Source of the DNA: Eledone cirrhosa
Taxonomy: Eukaryota
Direction of reading: 5' to 3'
NCBI GenBank assembly: GCA_964016885.1
Contig: OZ024747.1
Span: 32,860,001-32,924,000 of the forward strand
DNA: 64,000 nt
Each line of letters opens with the position of its first letter. The first letter of the stretch is position 1. The position numbers and the translations under genes are program-made. Shown piece by piece: positions 7,501 through 24,900 of this stretch. Under the pieces are notes generated by a model. It saw only the letters and a list, made by a program, of their open reading frames with translations. It was not told the DNA's origin and ran no database searches.

Positions 7501-10500
7501 TATCCCAGTATATCATTATCACAGTAATACACAATATATCATTATCACAGTAATACACAATATATCATTATCCCAGTAATACACAGTATATCAATATAAG
7601 TGTAATACACAGTATATCGTTATCCCAGTAATATACAGTATATCATTATCAGTATAATACACAATATATCATTATCACAGTAATACACAATATATCATTA
7701 TCACAGTAATACACAGTATATCATTATCAGTGTAATATACAGTATATCATTATCACAGTAATACACAATATATCATTATCCCAGTAATACACAATATATC
7801 ATTATCACAGTAATACACAGTATATCATTATCAGTGTAATATACAGTATATCAATATCAGTGTAATACACAGTATATCATTATCACAGTAATACACAGTA
7901 TATCATTATCCCAGTAATACACAGTATATCATTAACAGTGTAATACACAGTATATCAATATCAGTGTAATACACAGTATATCATTATCAGTGTAATACAC
8001 AGTATATCATTATCACAGAAATACACAGTACATCATTATCAGAGTAATACACAATATATCATTATCAGTGTAATACAAAGTATATCATTAACACTGTAAT
8101 ACACAGTATATCAATATCACAGTAATACACAGTATATCAATATCAGTGTAATACACAGTATATCATAATCACAGTAATACACAGTTTATCATTATCCCAG
8201 TATATCATTATCACAGTAATACACAATATATCATTATCACAGTAATACACAATATATCATTATCCCAGTAATACACAGTATATCAATATAAGTGTAATAC
8301 ACAGTATATCGTTATCCCAGTAACACACAGTATATCATTATCAGTGTAATACACAATATATCATTATCACGGTAATACACAGTATATCATTATCAGTGTA
8401 ATATACAGTATATCAATATCAGTGCAATATACAGTATATCATCATCACAGTAATACACAATATATCATTATCCCAGTAATACACAATATATCATTATCAG
8501 TGTAATACACAGTAAATCATCATCACAGCAATACACAATATATCAATATCAGTGTAATACACAGTATATCATTATCACAGTAATACACAGTATGTCATTA
8601 TCACAGTAATATACAATATATCATTATCACAGTAATACACAGTATATCATTATCCCAGTAATACACAGTATATCATTAACAGTGTAATACACAATATATC
8701 AATATCAGTGTAATACACAGTATATCATTATCAGTGTAATATACAGTATATCAATACCACAGTAATACACAGTATATCATTATCACAGTAATACAAAATA
8801 TATCATTATCAGTGGTACTACACAGTATATCATTATCAGTGTAATAAACAGTATATCATTATCAAAGTAATACACAATATATCATTATCAGTGTAATACA
8901 CAGTATATCAATATCAGTGTAATACACAGTATATCATTATCAGAGTAATACACAGTATATCATTAACAGTGTAATACACAGTATATCATTATCAGTGTAA
9001 TACACAATATATCATTATCCCAGTAATACACAGTATATCATTAACAGTGTAATACACAATATATCATTATCCCAGTAATACACAATATATCATTATCAGT
9101 GTAATACACAGTATATCAATATCAGTGTAATACACAGTATATCATTATCACAGTAATACACAGTATATCATTATCCCAGTAATACGCAGTATATCATTAT
9201 CACAGTAATACACAATATATCATTAACAGTGTAATACACCGTATATCAATATCAGTGTAATAAAAAGTATAACATTATCACAGTAATACACAGTATATCA
9301 TTATCACAGTAATACACAATATATCATTATCAGTGTAATACACAGTATATCATTAACAGTGTAATACACAGTATATCATTATCACAGTAATACACAATAT
9401 ATCATTATCACAGTAATACACAATATATCATTATCCCAGTAATACACAGTATATCAATATAAGTGTAATACACAGTATATCGTTATCCCAGTAATACACA
9501 GTATATCATTATCAGTACAATACACAATATATCATTATCACAGTAATACACAATATATCATTATCACAGTAATACACAGTATATCATTATCAGTGTAATA
9601 TACAGTATATCATTATCACAGTAATACACAATATATCATTATCCCAGTAATACACAATATATCATTATCACAGTAATACACAGTATATCATTATCAGTGT
9701 AATATACAGTATATCAATATCAGTGTAATACACAGTATATCATTATCACAGTAATACACAGTATATCATTATCCCAGTAATACACAGTATATCATTAACA
9801 GTGTAATACACAGTATATCAATATCAGTGTAATACACAGTATATCATTATCAGTGTAATACACAGTATATCAATATCACAGTAATACACAATATATCATT
9901 ATCACAGTAATACACAGTATATCAATATCAGTGTAATACACAGTATATCATTATCACAGAAATACACAGTACATCATTATCAGAGTAATACACAATATAT
10001 CATTATCAGTGTAATACAAAGTATATCATTAACAGTGTAATACACAGTATATCAATATCACAGTAATACACAGTATATCAATATCAGTGTAATACACAGT
10101 ATATCATAATCACAGTAATACACAGTATATCATTATCCCAGTATATCATTATCACAGTAATACACAATATATCATTATCACAGTAATACACAATATATCA
10201 TTATCCCGGTAATACACAGTATATCAATATAAGTGTAATACACAGTATATCGTTATCCCAGTAACACACAGTATGTCATTATCAGTGTAATACACAATAT
10301 ATCATTATCACAGTAATACACAATATATCATTATCACAGTAATACACAGTATATCATTATCAGTGTAATATACAGTATATTATTATCACAGTAATACACA
10401 ATATATCATTATCTCAGTAATACACAATATATCATTATCAGAATAATACACAGTATATCATTATCACGGTAATACACAGTATATCATTATCAGTGTAATA

Positions 10501-11799
10501 TACAGTATATCAATATCAGTGTAATACACAGTATATCATTATCACAGTAATACACAGTATATCATTATCACAGTAATATACAATATATCATTTCAGTGTA
10601 ATATACAATATATCATTATCAGAGTAATACACAGTATATCATTATCAGTGTAATACACAATATATCATTATCAGTTTAATACACAGTATATCATTATCAC
10701 AGTAATACATAGTATATCATTATCACAGTATTACACAATATATCATTATCACAGCAATACACAGTATATCATTCTCACAGTAATACACAGTATATCATTA
10801 TCACAGTAATACACAATATATCATTATCACAGTAATACACAGTATATCATTATCACAGTAATACACAGTATATCATTATCACAGTAATACACAATATAAC
10901 ATTATCTCAGTAATACACAGTATATCATTATCACAGTAATACACAATATATCATTATCACAGTAATACACAATATATCATTATCACAGTAATACACAATA
11001 TATCGTTATCACAGTAATACACAATATAGCATTATCACAGTATTACACAGTATATAATTATCAGTGTAATATACAGTATATCATCATCACAGTAATACAC
11101 AATATATCATTTTCCCAGTAATACACAATATATCATTATCAGTGTAATACACAGTATATCATAATCACAGCAATACACAATATATCATTATCAGAGTAAT
11201 TCACAATATATCTTTATCAGTGTAATACACAATATATCATTATCAGTGTAATATACAGTATATCATTATCACAGTAATACACAGTATATCATTATCAGTG
11301 TAATATACAGTATATCAATATCAGTGTAATACACAATCTATCAATATCACAGTAATATACAATATATCATTATCCCAGTAATACACACTATATCATTAAC
11401 AGTGTAATACACAATGTATCAATATAAATGTAATACACAGTATATCATTATCAGTGTAATACACAGTATATTTATACCACAGTAATACACAGTATATCAT
11501 TATCACAGTAATAGAAAATATATCATTATCAGTGGTAATACACAGTATATCATTATCAGTGTAATACACAGTATATCAATATCAGTGTAATACACAATAT
11601 ATCATTATCAGTGTAATACACAGTATATCAATATCAGTGTAATAAACAATATATCATTTTCACAGTAATACACAGTATATCATTATCCCAGTAATACACA
11701 ATATATCATTATCAGTGTAATACACAGTATATCATTAACAGTGTAATACACAGTATATCAATATCACAGTAATACACAGTATATCAATATCAGTGTAAT

Positions 11800-14700
11800 A
11801 CACAATACATCATTATCACAGTAATACACAGTATATCATTATCAGTGTAATATACAGTATATCATTATCACAGTAATACACAATATATCATTATCCCAGT
11901 AATACACAATATATCATTGTCAGTGTAATACACAGTATATCATTATCACAGTAATACACAGTATATCATTATCAGTGTAATATACAGTATATCAATATCA
12001 GTGTAATACACAGTATATCATTATCACAGTAATATACAATATATCATTATCACAGTAATACACAGTATATCATTATCCCAGTAATACACAGTATATCATA
12101 AACAGTGTAATACACAGTATATCAATATCAGTTTAATACACATTATATCATTATCAGTATAATACACAGTATATCATTATCAGTGTAATACACAGTATAT
12201 CATTATCACAGTAATACACAATATATCTTTATCACAGTAATACCAAATATATCATTATCACAGTAATACACAATATATCATTATCACAGTAATACACAAT
12301 ATATCATTATCACAGTAATACACAGTATATCATCATCACAGTAATACACAAAATATCATTATCAGTGTAATACATAGTATATCATTATCACAGTAATACA
12401 CAATATATCATTATCACAGTAATACACTATATATCATCATCAGTGTAATACACAGTAGATCATTATCACAGTAATACACAATATATCATTATCACAGTAA
12501 TACACAGTATACCATTATCCCAGTAATACACAATATATCATTATCAGTGTATTACACAATATATCATTAGCACAGTAATACACAATATATCATTATCAGT
12601 GTAATACACAATATATCATTAGCACAGTAATACACAATATATCATTATCACAGTAATACACTATATATCATTATCAGGGTAATACACAATACATCATTAG
12701 CACAGTAATACACAGTATATCATTATCACAGAAATACACAATATATCATTATCACAGTAATACACAATATATCATTATCACAGAAATACACAATATATCA
12801 TTATGACAGTAATACACAGTATAGCATTATCAATGTAATACATAATATATCATTATCCCAGTAATACAAAATATATCAATATCAGTGTAATACACAGTAT
12901 ATCATTATTAGTGTAATACACAATATATCATTATCACAGTAATACCCAGTATATCCTTATCAGAGTAATACACAGTATATCATTATCAGTGTAATACACA
13001 ATATATCATTATCACAGTAATACACAATATATCATTATCACAGTAATACACAGTATATCATTATCAGTGTAATATACAGTATATCATCATCACAGTAATA
13101 CACAATATATCATTATCCCAGCAATACACAATATATCATTATCAGTGTAGTACACAGTAAATCATCATCACAGCAATACACAATATATCAATATCAGTGT
13201 AATACACAGTATATCATTATCACAGTAATACACAGTATGTCATTATCACAGTAATATACAATATATCATTATCACAGTAATACACAGTATATCATTATCC
13301 CAGTAATACACAGTATATCATTAACCGTGTAATACACAATATATCAATATCAGTGTAATACACAGTATATCATTATCAGTGTAATATACAGTATATCAAT
13401 ACCACAGTAATACACAGTATATCATTATCACAGTAATACAAAATATATCATTATCAGTGGTACTACACAGTATATCATTATCAGTGTAATAAACAGTATA
13501 TCATTATCAGAGTAATACACAATATATCATTATCAGTGTAATACACAGTATATCATTATCAGAGTAATACACAGTATATCATTAACAGTGTAATACACAG
13601 TATATCATTATCAGTGTAATACACAATATATCATTATCCCAGTAATACACAGTATATCATTGTCCCAGTAATACACGGTATATCATTAACAGTGTAATAC
13701 ACAATATATCATTATCCCAGTAATACACAATATATCATTATCAGTGTAATACACAGTATATCAATATCAGTGTAATACACAGTATATCATTATCACAGTA
13801 ATACACAGTATATCATTATCCCAGTAATACGCAGTATATCATTATCACAGTAATACACAATATATCATTAACAGTGTAATACACTGTATATCAATATCAG
13901 TGTAATAAAAAGTATAACATTATCACAGTAATACACAGTATATAATTATCACAGTAATACACAGTATATCAATATAAGTGTAATACACAGTATATCGTTA
14001 TCCCAGTAACACACAGTATATCATTATCAGTGTAATACACAATATATCATTATCACAGTAATACACAATATATCATTATCACAGTAATACACAGTATATC
14101 ATTATCAGTGTAATATACAGTATATTATTATCACAGTAATACACAATATATCATTATCCCAGTAATACACAATATATCATTATCAGAGTAATACACAGTA
14201 TATCATTATCACGGTAATACACAGTATATCATTATCAGTGTAATATACAGTATATCAATATCAGTGTAATACACAGTATATCATTATCACAGTAATACAC
14301 AGTATATCATTATCAGTGTAATACACAATATATCATTATCAGTTTAATACACAGTATATCATTATCACAGTAATACATAGTATATCATTATCACAGTATT
14401 ACACAATATATCATTATCACAGCAATACACAGTATATCATTCTCACAGTAATACACAGTATATCATTATCACAGTAATACACAATATATCATTATCACAG
14501 TAATACACAGTATATCATTATCACAGTAATACACAGTATATCATTATCACAGTAATACACAATATAACATTATCTCAGTAATACACAGTATATCATTATC
14601 ACAGTAATACACAATATATCATTATCACAGTAATACACAATATATCATTATCACAGTAATACACAATATATCGTTATCACAGTAATACACAATATAGCAT

Positions 14701-17700
14701 TATCACAGTATTACACAGTATATCATTATCAGTGTAATATACAGTATATCATCATCACAGTAATACACAATATATGATTTTCCCAGTAATACACAATATA
14801 TCATTATCAGTGTAATACACAGTATATCATAATCACAGCAATACACAATATATCATTATCAGAGTAATTCACAATATATCATTATCAGTGTAATACACAA
14901 TATATCATTATCAGTGTAATATACAGTATATCATTATCACAGTAATACACAGTATATCATTATTAGTGTAATATACAGTATATCAATATCAGTGTAATAC
15001 ACAATCTATCAATATCACAGTAATATACAATATATCATTATCACAGTAATACACACTATATCATTATCCCAGTAATACACACTATATCATTAACAGTGTA
15101 ATACACAATGTATCAATATAAATGTAATACACAGTATATCATTATCAGTGTAATACACAGTATATTTATACCACAGTAATACACAGTATATCATTATCAC
15201 AGTAATAGAAAATATATCATTATCAGTGGTAATACACAGTATATCATTATCAGTGTAATAAACAGTATATCATTATCAGAGTAATACACAATATATCATT
15301 ATCAGTGTTATACACAGTATATCAATATCAGTGTAATACACAGTATATCATTATCAGAGTAATACACAATACATCATTATCACAGTAATACACAGTATAT
15401 CATTATCAGTGTAATATACAGTATATCATTATCACAGTAATACACAATATATCATTATCCCAGTAATACACAATATATCATTGTCAGTGTAATACACAGT
15501 ATATCATTATCACAGTAATACACAGTATATCATTATCAGTGTAATATACAGTATATCAATATCAGTGTAATACACAGTATATCATTATCACAGTAATATA
15601 CAATATATCATTATCACAGTAATACACAGTATATCATTATCCCAGTAATACACAGTATATCATAAACAGTGTAATACACAGTATATCAATATCAGTTTAA
15701 TACACATTATATCATTATCAGTATAATACACAGTATATCATTATCAGTGTAATACACAGTATATCATTATCACAGTAATACACAATATATCTTTATCACA
15801 GTAATACCAAATATATCATTATCACAGTAATACACAATATATCATTATCACAGTAATACACAATATATCATTATCACAGTAATACACAGTATATCATCAT
15901 CACAGTAATACACAAAATATCATTATCAGTGTAATACATAGTATATCATTATCACAGTAATACACTATATATCATCATCAGTGTAATACACAGTAGATCA
16001 TTATCACAGTAATACACAATATATCATTATCACAGTAATACACAGTATATCATTATCCCAGTAATACACAATATATCATTATCAGTGTATTACACAATAT
16101 ATCATTAGCACAGTAATACACAATATATCATTATCAGTGTAATACACAATATATCATTAGCACAGTAATACACAATATATCATTATCACAGTAATACACT
16201 ATATATCATTATCAGGGTAATACACAATACATCATTAGCACAGTAATACACAGTATATCATTATCACAGAAATACACAATATATCATTATCACAGTAATA
16301 CACAATATATCATTATCACAGAAATACACAATATATCATTATGACAGTAATACACAGTATAGCATTATCAATGTAATACATAATATATCATTATCCCAGT
16401 AATACAAAATATATCAATATCAGTGTAATACACAGTATATCATTATTAGTGTAATACACAATATATCATTATCACAGTAATACCCAGTATATCCTTATCA
16501 GAGTAATACACAGTATATCATTATCAGTGTAATACACAATATATCATTATCACAGTAATACACAATATATCATTATCACAGTAATACACAGTATATCATT
16601 ATCAGTGTAATATACAGTATATCATCATCACAGTAATACACAATATATCATTATCCCAGCAATACACAATATATCATTATCAGTGTAGTACACAGTAAAT
16701 CATCATCACAGCAATACACAATATATCAATATCAGTGTAATACACAGTATATCATTATCACAGTAATACACAGTATGTCATTATCACAGTAATATACAAT
16801 ATATCATTATCACAGTAATACACAGTATATCATTATCCCAGTAATACACAGTATATCATTAACCGTGTAATACACAATATATCAATATCAGTGTAATACA
16901 CAGTATATCATTATCAGTGTAATATACAGTATATCAATACCACAGTAATACACAGTATATCATTATCACAGTAATACAAAATATATCATTATCAGTGGTA
17001 CTACACAGTATATCATTATCAGTGTAATAAACAGTATATCATTATCAGAGTAATACACAATATATCATTATCAGTGTAATACACAGTATATCATTATCAG
17101 AGTAATACACAGTATATCATTAACAGTGTAATACACAGTATATCATTATCAGTGTAATACACAATATATCATTATCCCAGTAATACACAGTATATCATTG
17201 TCCCAGTAATACACGGTATATCATTAACAGTGTAATACACAATATATCATTATCCCAGTAATACACAATATATCATTATCAGTGTAATACACAGTATATC
17301 AATATCAGTGTAATACACAGTATATCATTATCACAGTAATACACAGTATATCATTATCCCAGTAATACGCAGTATATCATTATCACAGTAATACACAATA
17401 TATCATTAACAGTGTAATACACTGTATATCAATATCAGTGTAATAAAAAGTATAACATTATCACAGTAATACACAGTATATAATTATCACAGTAATACAC
17501 AGTATATCAATATAAGTGTAATACACAGTATATCGTTATCCCAGTAACACACAGTATATCATTATCAGTGTAATACACAATATATCATTATCACAGTAAT
17601 ACACAATATATCATTATCACAGTAATACACAGTATATCATTATCAGTGTAATATACAGTATATTATTATCACAGTAATACACAATATATCATTATCCCAG

Positions 17701-18900
17701 TAATACACAATATATCATTATCAGAGTAATACACAGTATATCATTATCACGGTAATACACAGTATATCATTATCAGTGTAATATACAGTATATCAATATC
17801 AGTGTAATACACAGTATATCATTATCACAGTAATACACAGTATATCATTATCAGTGTAATACACAATATATCATTATCAGTTTAATACACAGTATATCAT
17901 TATCACAGTAATACATAGTATATCATTATCACAGTATTACACAATATATCATTATCACAGCAATACACAGTATATCATTCTCACAGTAATACACAGTATA
18001 TCATTATCACAGTAATACACAATATATCATTATCACAGTAATACACAGTATATCATTATCACAGTAATACACAGTATATCATTATCACAGTAATACACAA
18101 TATAACATTATCTCAGTAATACACAGTATATCATTATCACAGTAATACACAATATATCATTATCACAGTAATACACAATATATCATTATCACAGTAATAC
18201 ACAATATATCGTTATCACAGTAATACACAATATAGCATTATCACAGTATTACACAGTATATCATTATCAGTGTAATATACAGTATATCATCATCACAGTA
18301 ATACACAATATATCATTTTCCCAGTAATACACAATATATCATTATCAGTGTAATACACAGTATATCATAATCACAGCAATACACAATATATCATTATCAG
18401 AGTAATTCACAATATATCATTATCAGTGTAATACACAATATATCATTATCAGTGTAATATACAGTATATCATTATCACAGTAATACACAGTATATCATTA
18501 TTAGTGTAATATACAGTATATCAATATCAGTGTAATACACAATCTATCAATATCACAGTAATATACAATATATCATTATCACAGTAATACACACTATATC
18601 ATTATCCCAGTAATACACACTATATCATTAACAGTGTAATACACAATGTATCAATATAAATGTAATACACAGTATATCATTATCAGTGTAATACACAGTA
18701 TATTTATACCACAGTAATACACAGTATATCATTATCACAGTAATAGAAAATATATCATTATCAGTGGTAATACACAGTATATCATTATCAGTGTAATAAA
18801 CAGTATATCATTATCAGAGTAATACACAATATATCATTATCAGTGTTATACACAGTATATCAATATCAGTGTAATACACAGTATATCATTATCAGAGTAA
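11800..18900. repeat. Higher-order tandem duplication, 3538-bp unit (136 monomers + 2 nt), two copies
   Basis: Rare variants recur at +3538: 12661/16199, 13456/16994, 13673/17211, 14341/17879, 15225/18763, 15301/18839. Boundaries approximate. Confidence 0.85.
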
Positions 18901-21900
18901 TACACAGTATATGATTAACAGTGTAATACACAATATATCATTATCAGTGTAATACACAATATATCATTATCCCAGTAATACACAGTATATCATTATCCCA
19001 GTAATACACAGTATATCATTAATAGTGTAATACACAATATATCATTATCCCAGTAATACACAATATATCATTATCAGTGTAATACACAGTATATCAATAT
19101 CAGTGTAATACACAGTATATCATTTTCACAGTAATACACAGTATATAATTATCCCAGTAATACACAATATATCATTATCAGTGTAATACACAGTATATCA
19201 TTAACAGTGTAATATACAGTATATCATTATCACAGTAATACACAATATATCATTATCCCAGTAATACACAATATATCATTGTCAGTGTAATACACAGTAT
19301 ATCATTATCACAGTAATACACAGTATATCATTATCAGTGTAATATACAGCATATCAATATCAGTGTAATACACAGTATATCATTATCACAGTAATATACA
19401 ATATATCATTATCACAGTAATACACAGTATATCATTATCCCAGTAATACACAGTATATCATTAACAGTGTAATACACAGTATATCAATATCAGTGTAACA
19501 CACAGTATATCATTATCAGTGTAATACGCAGTATATCATTATCAGTGTAATACACAGTATATCATTATCACAGTAATACACAATATATCTTTATCACAGT
19601 AATACCAAATATATCATTATCACAGTAATACACAATATATCATTATCACAGTAATACACAATATATCATTATCACAGTAATACACAATACATCAGTATCA
19701 CAGTAATACACAAAATATCATTATCAGTGTAATACATAGTATATCATTATCACAGTAATACACAATATATCATTTTCAGTATAATATACAATATATCATT
19801 ATCAGAGTAATACACAATATAACATTATCACTGTAATACACAGTATATCATTATCTCAGTAATACACAGTATATCATTATCACAGTAATACACAATATAT
19901 CATTATCACAGTAATATACAATATATCATTATCACAGTAATACACAATGTATGATTATCACAGTAATACACAATACATCATTATCAGTGTAATACACAGT
20001 ATATCATTATCAGAGTAATACACAGTATATCATAATCACAGCAATACACAATATATCATTATCAGAGTAATTCACAATATATCATTATCAGTGTAATACA
20101 CAATATATCATTATCAGTGTAATATACAGTATATCATTATCACAGTAATACACAGTATATCATTATTAGTGCAATATACAGTATATCAATATCAGTGTAA
20201 TACACAATCTATCAATATCACAGTAATATACAATATATCATTATCACAGTAATACACAGTATATCATTATCCCAGTAATACACACTATATCATTAACAGT
20301 GTAATACACAATGTATCAATATAAATGTAATACACAGTATATCATTATCAGTGTAATACACAGTATATTTATACCACAGTAATACACAGTATATCATTAT
20401 CACAGTAATAGAAAATATATCATTATCAGTGGTAATACACAGTATATCATTATCAGTGTAATAAACAGTATATCATTATCAGAGTAATACACAATATATC
20501 ATTATCAGTGTAATACACAGTATATCAATATCAGTGTAATACACAGTATATCATTATCAGAGTAATACACAGTATATGATTAACAGTGTAATACACAGTA
20601 TATCATTATCAGTGTAATACACAATATATCATTATCCTAGTAATACACAGTATATCATTATCCCAGTAATACACAGTATATCATTAATAGTGTAATACAC
20701 AATATATCATTATCCCAGTAATACACAATATATCATTATCAGTGTAATACACAGTATATCAATATCATTGTAATACACAGTATATCATTTTCACAGTAAT
20801 ACACAGTATATCATTATCCCAGTAATACACAATATATCATTATCAGTGTAATACACAATATATCATTAACAGTGTAATATACAGTATATCATTATCACAG
20901 TAATACACAATATATCATTATCCCAGTAATACACAATATATCATTGTCAGTGTAATACACAGTATATCATTATCACAGTAATACACAGTATATCATTATC
21001 TGTGTAATATACAGTATATCAATAGCAGTGTAATACACAGTATATCATTATCACAGTAATATACAATATATCATTATCACAGTAATACACAGTATATCAT
21101 TATCCCAGTAATACACAGTATATCATTAACAGTGTAATACACAGTATATCAATATCAGTGTAATACAGAGTATATCATTATCAGTGTAATACACAGTATA
21201 TCATTATCAGTGTAATACACAGTATATCATTATCACAGTAATACACAATATATCATTATCACAGTAATATACAATATATCATTATCACAGTAATACACAA
21301 TATATGATTATCACAGTAATACACAATACATCATTATCAGTGTAATACACAGTATATCATTATCAGAGTAATACACAGTATATCATAATCACAGCAATAC
21401 ACAATATATCATTATCAGAGTAATTCACAATATATCATTATCAGTGTAATACACAATATATCATTATCAGTGTAATATACAGTATATCATTATCACAGTA
21501 ATACACAGTATATCATTATTAGTGTAATATACAGTATATCAATATCAGTGTAATACACAATCTATCAATATCACAGTAATATACAATATATCATTATCAC
21601 AGTAATACACAGTATATCATTATCCCAGTAATACACACTATATCATTAACAGTGTAATACACAATGTATCAATATAAATGTAATACACAGTATATCATTA
21701 TCAGTGTAATACACAGTATATTTATACCACAGTAATACACAGTATATCATTATCACAGTAATAGAAAATATATCATTATCAGTGGTAATACACAGTATAT
21801 CATTATCAGTGTAATAAACAGTATATCATTATCAGAGTAATACACAATATATCATTATCAGTGTAATACACAGTATATCAATATCAGTGTAATACACAGT

Positions 21901-24900
21901 ATATCATTATCAGAGTAATACACAGTATATGATTAACAGTGTAATACACAGTATATCATTATCAGTGTAATACACAATATATCATTATCCTAGTAATACA
22001 CAGTATATCATTATCCCAGTAATACACAGTATATCATTAATAGTGTAATACACAATATATCATTATCCCAGTAATACACAATATATCATTATCAGTGTAA
22101 TACACAGTATATCAATATCATTGTAATACACAGTATATCATTTTCACAGTAATACACAGTATATCATTATCCCAGTAATATACAATATATCATTATCAGT
22201 GTAATATACAATATATCATTAACAGTGTAATATACAGTATATCATTATCACAGTAATACACAATATATCATTATCCCAGTAATACACAATATATCATTGT
22301 CAGTGTAATACACAGTATATCATTATCACAGTAATACACAGTATATCATTATCTGTGTAATATACAGTATATCAATAGCAGTGTAATACACAGTATATCA
22401 TTATCACAGTAATATACAATATATCATTATCACAGTAATACACAGTATATCATTATCCCAGTAATACACAGTATATCATTAACAGTGTAATACACAGTAT
22501 ATCAATATCAGTGTAATACAGAGTATATCATTATCAGTGTAATACACAGTATATCATTATCAGTGTAATACACAGTATATCATTATCACAGTAATACACG
22601 ATATATCTTTATCACAGTAATACCAAATATGTCATTATCACAGTAATACACAATATATCATTATCACAGCAATACACAATATATCAGTATCACAGTAATA
22701 CACAAAATATCATTATCAGTGTAATACATAGTATATCATTATCACAGTAATACACAATATATCATTTTCAGTATAATATACAATATATCATTATCAGAGT
22801 AATACACAATATAACATTATCACTGTAATACACAGTATATCATTATCTCAGTAATACACAGTATATCAATATCACAGTAATACACAATATATCATTATCA
22901 CAGTAATATACAATATATCATTATCACAGTAATACACAATATATCATTATCACAGTAATACACAATACATCATTATCAGTGTAATACACAGTATATCATT
23001 ATCAGAGTAATACACAGAATATAATTATCACAGTAATACATAATATATCATTATCACAGTAATATACAGTATATCATTATCACAGTTATACACTATATAT
23101 CATTATCAGTGTAATACACAGTATATCATTATCACAGGAATACACAATATATCATTATCACAGTAATACACAGTATATCATTATCCCAGTAATACACAAT
23201 ATATCATTATCAGTGTATTACACAATATATCATTAGCACAGTAATACACAATATATCATTATCACAGTAATACACTATATATCATTATCAGTGTAATACA
23301 CAATATATCATTAGCACAGTAATACACAATATATCATTATCACAGTAATACACTATATATCATTATCAGGGTAATACACAATACATCATTAGCACAGTAA
23401 TACACAGTATATCATTATCACAGAAATACACAATATATCATTATCACAGTAATACACAATATATCATTATCACAGAAATACACAATATATCATTATCACA
23501 GTAATACACAGTATAGCATTATCAATGTAATACATAATATATCATTATCCCAGTAATACAAAATATATCAATATCAGTGTAATACACATTATATCATTAT
23601 TAGTGTAATACACAATATATCATTATCACAGTAATACCCAGTATATCATTATCAGAGTGATACACAGTATATCATTATCAGTGTAATACACAATATATCA
23701 TTATCACAGTAATACACAATATATCATTATCACAGTAATACACAGTATATCATTATCAGTGTAATATACAGTATATCATCATCACAGTAATACACAATAT
23801 ATCATTATCCCAGTAATACACAATATATCATTATCAGTGTAATACACAGTAAATCATCATCACAGCAATACACAATATATCAATATCAGTGTAATACACA
23901 GTATATCATTATCACAGTAATACACATTATGTCATTATCACAGTAATATACAATATATCATTATCACAGTAATACACAGTATATCATTATCCCAGTAATA
24001 CACAGTATATCATTAACAGTGTAATACACAATATATCAATATCAGTGTAATACACAGTATATCATTATCAGTGTAATATACAGTATATCAATACCACAGT
24101 AATACACAGTATATCATTATCACAGTAATACAAAATATATCATTATCAGTGGTACTACACAGTATATCATTATCAGTGTAATAAACAGTATATCATTACC
24201 AGAGTAATACACAATATATCATTATCAGTGTAATACACAGTATATCAATATCAGTGTAATACACAGTACATCATTATCAGAGTAATACACAGTATATCAT
24301 TAACAGTGTAATACACAGTATATCATTATCAGTGTAATACACAATATATCATTATCCCAGTAATACACAGTATATCATTATCCCAGTAATACACAGTATA
24401 TCATTAACAGTGTAATACACAATATATCATTATCCCAGTAATACACAATATATCATTATCAGTGTAATACACAGTATATCAATATCAGTGTAATACACAG
24501 TATATCAGTATCACAGTAATACACAGTATATCATTATCCCAGTAATACGCAGTATATCATTATCACAGTAATACACAATATATCATTAACAGTGTAATAC
24601 ACCGTATATCAATATCAGTGTAATAAAAAGTATAACATTATCACAGTAATACACAGTATATCATTATCACAGTAATACACAATATATCATTATCAGTGTA
24701 ATACACAGTGTATCATTAACAGTGTAATACACAGTATATCATTATCACAGTAATACACAATATATCATTATAACAGTAATACACAATATATCATTATCCC
24801 AGTAATACACAGTATATCAATATAAGTGTAATACACAGTATAACGTTATCCCAGTAATACACAGTATATCATTATCAGTATAATACACAATATATCATTA

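Noticed and set aside
11800-18900. Similarity of the 3538-bp satellite unit to the 3526-bp PLE duplication period
   Set aside because: Other units range from about 0.1 to 4.5 kb, so the closeness is probably coincidental.
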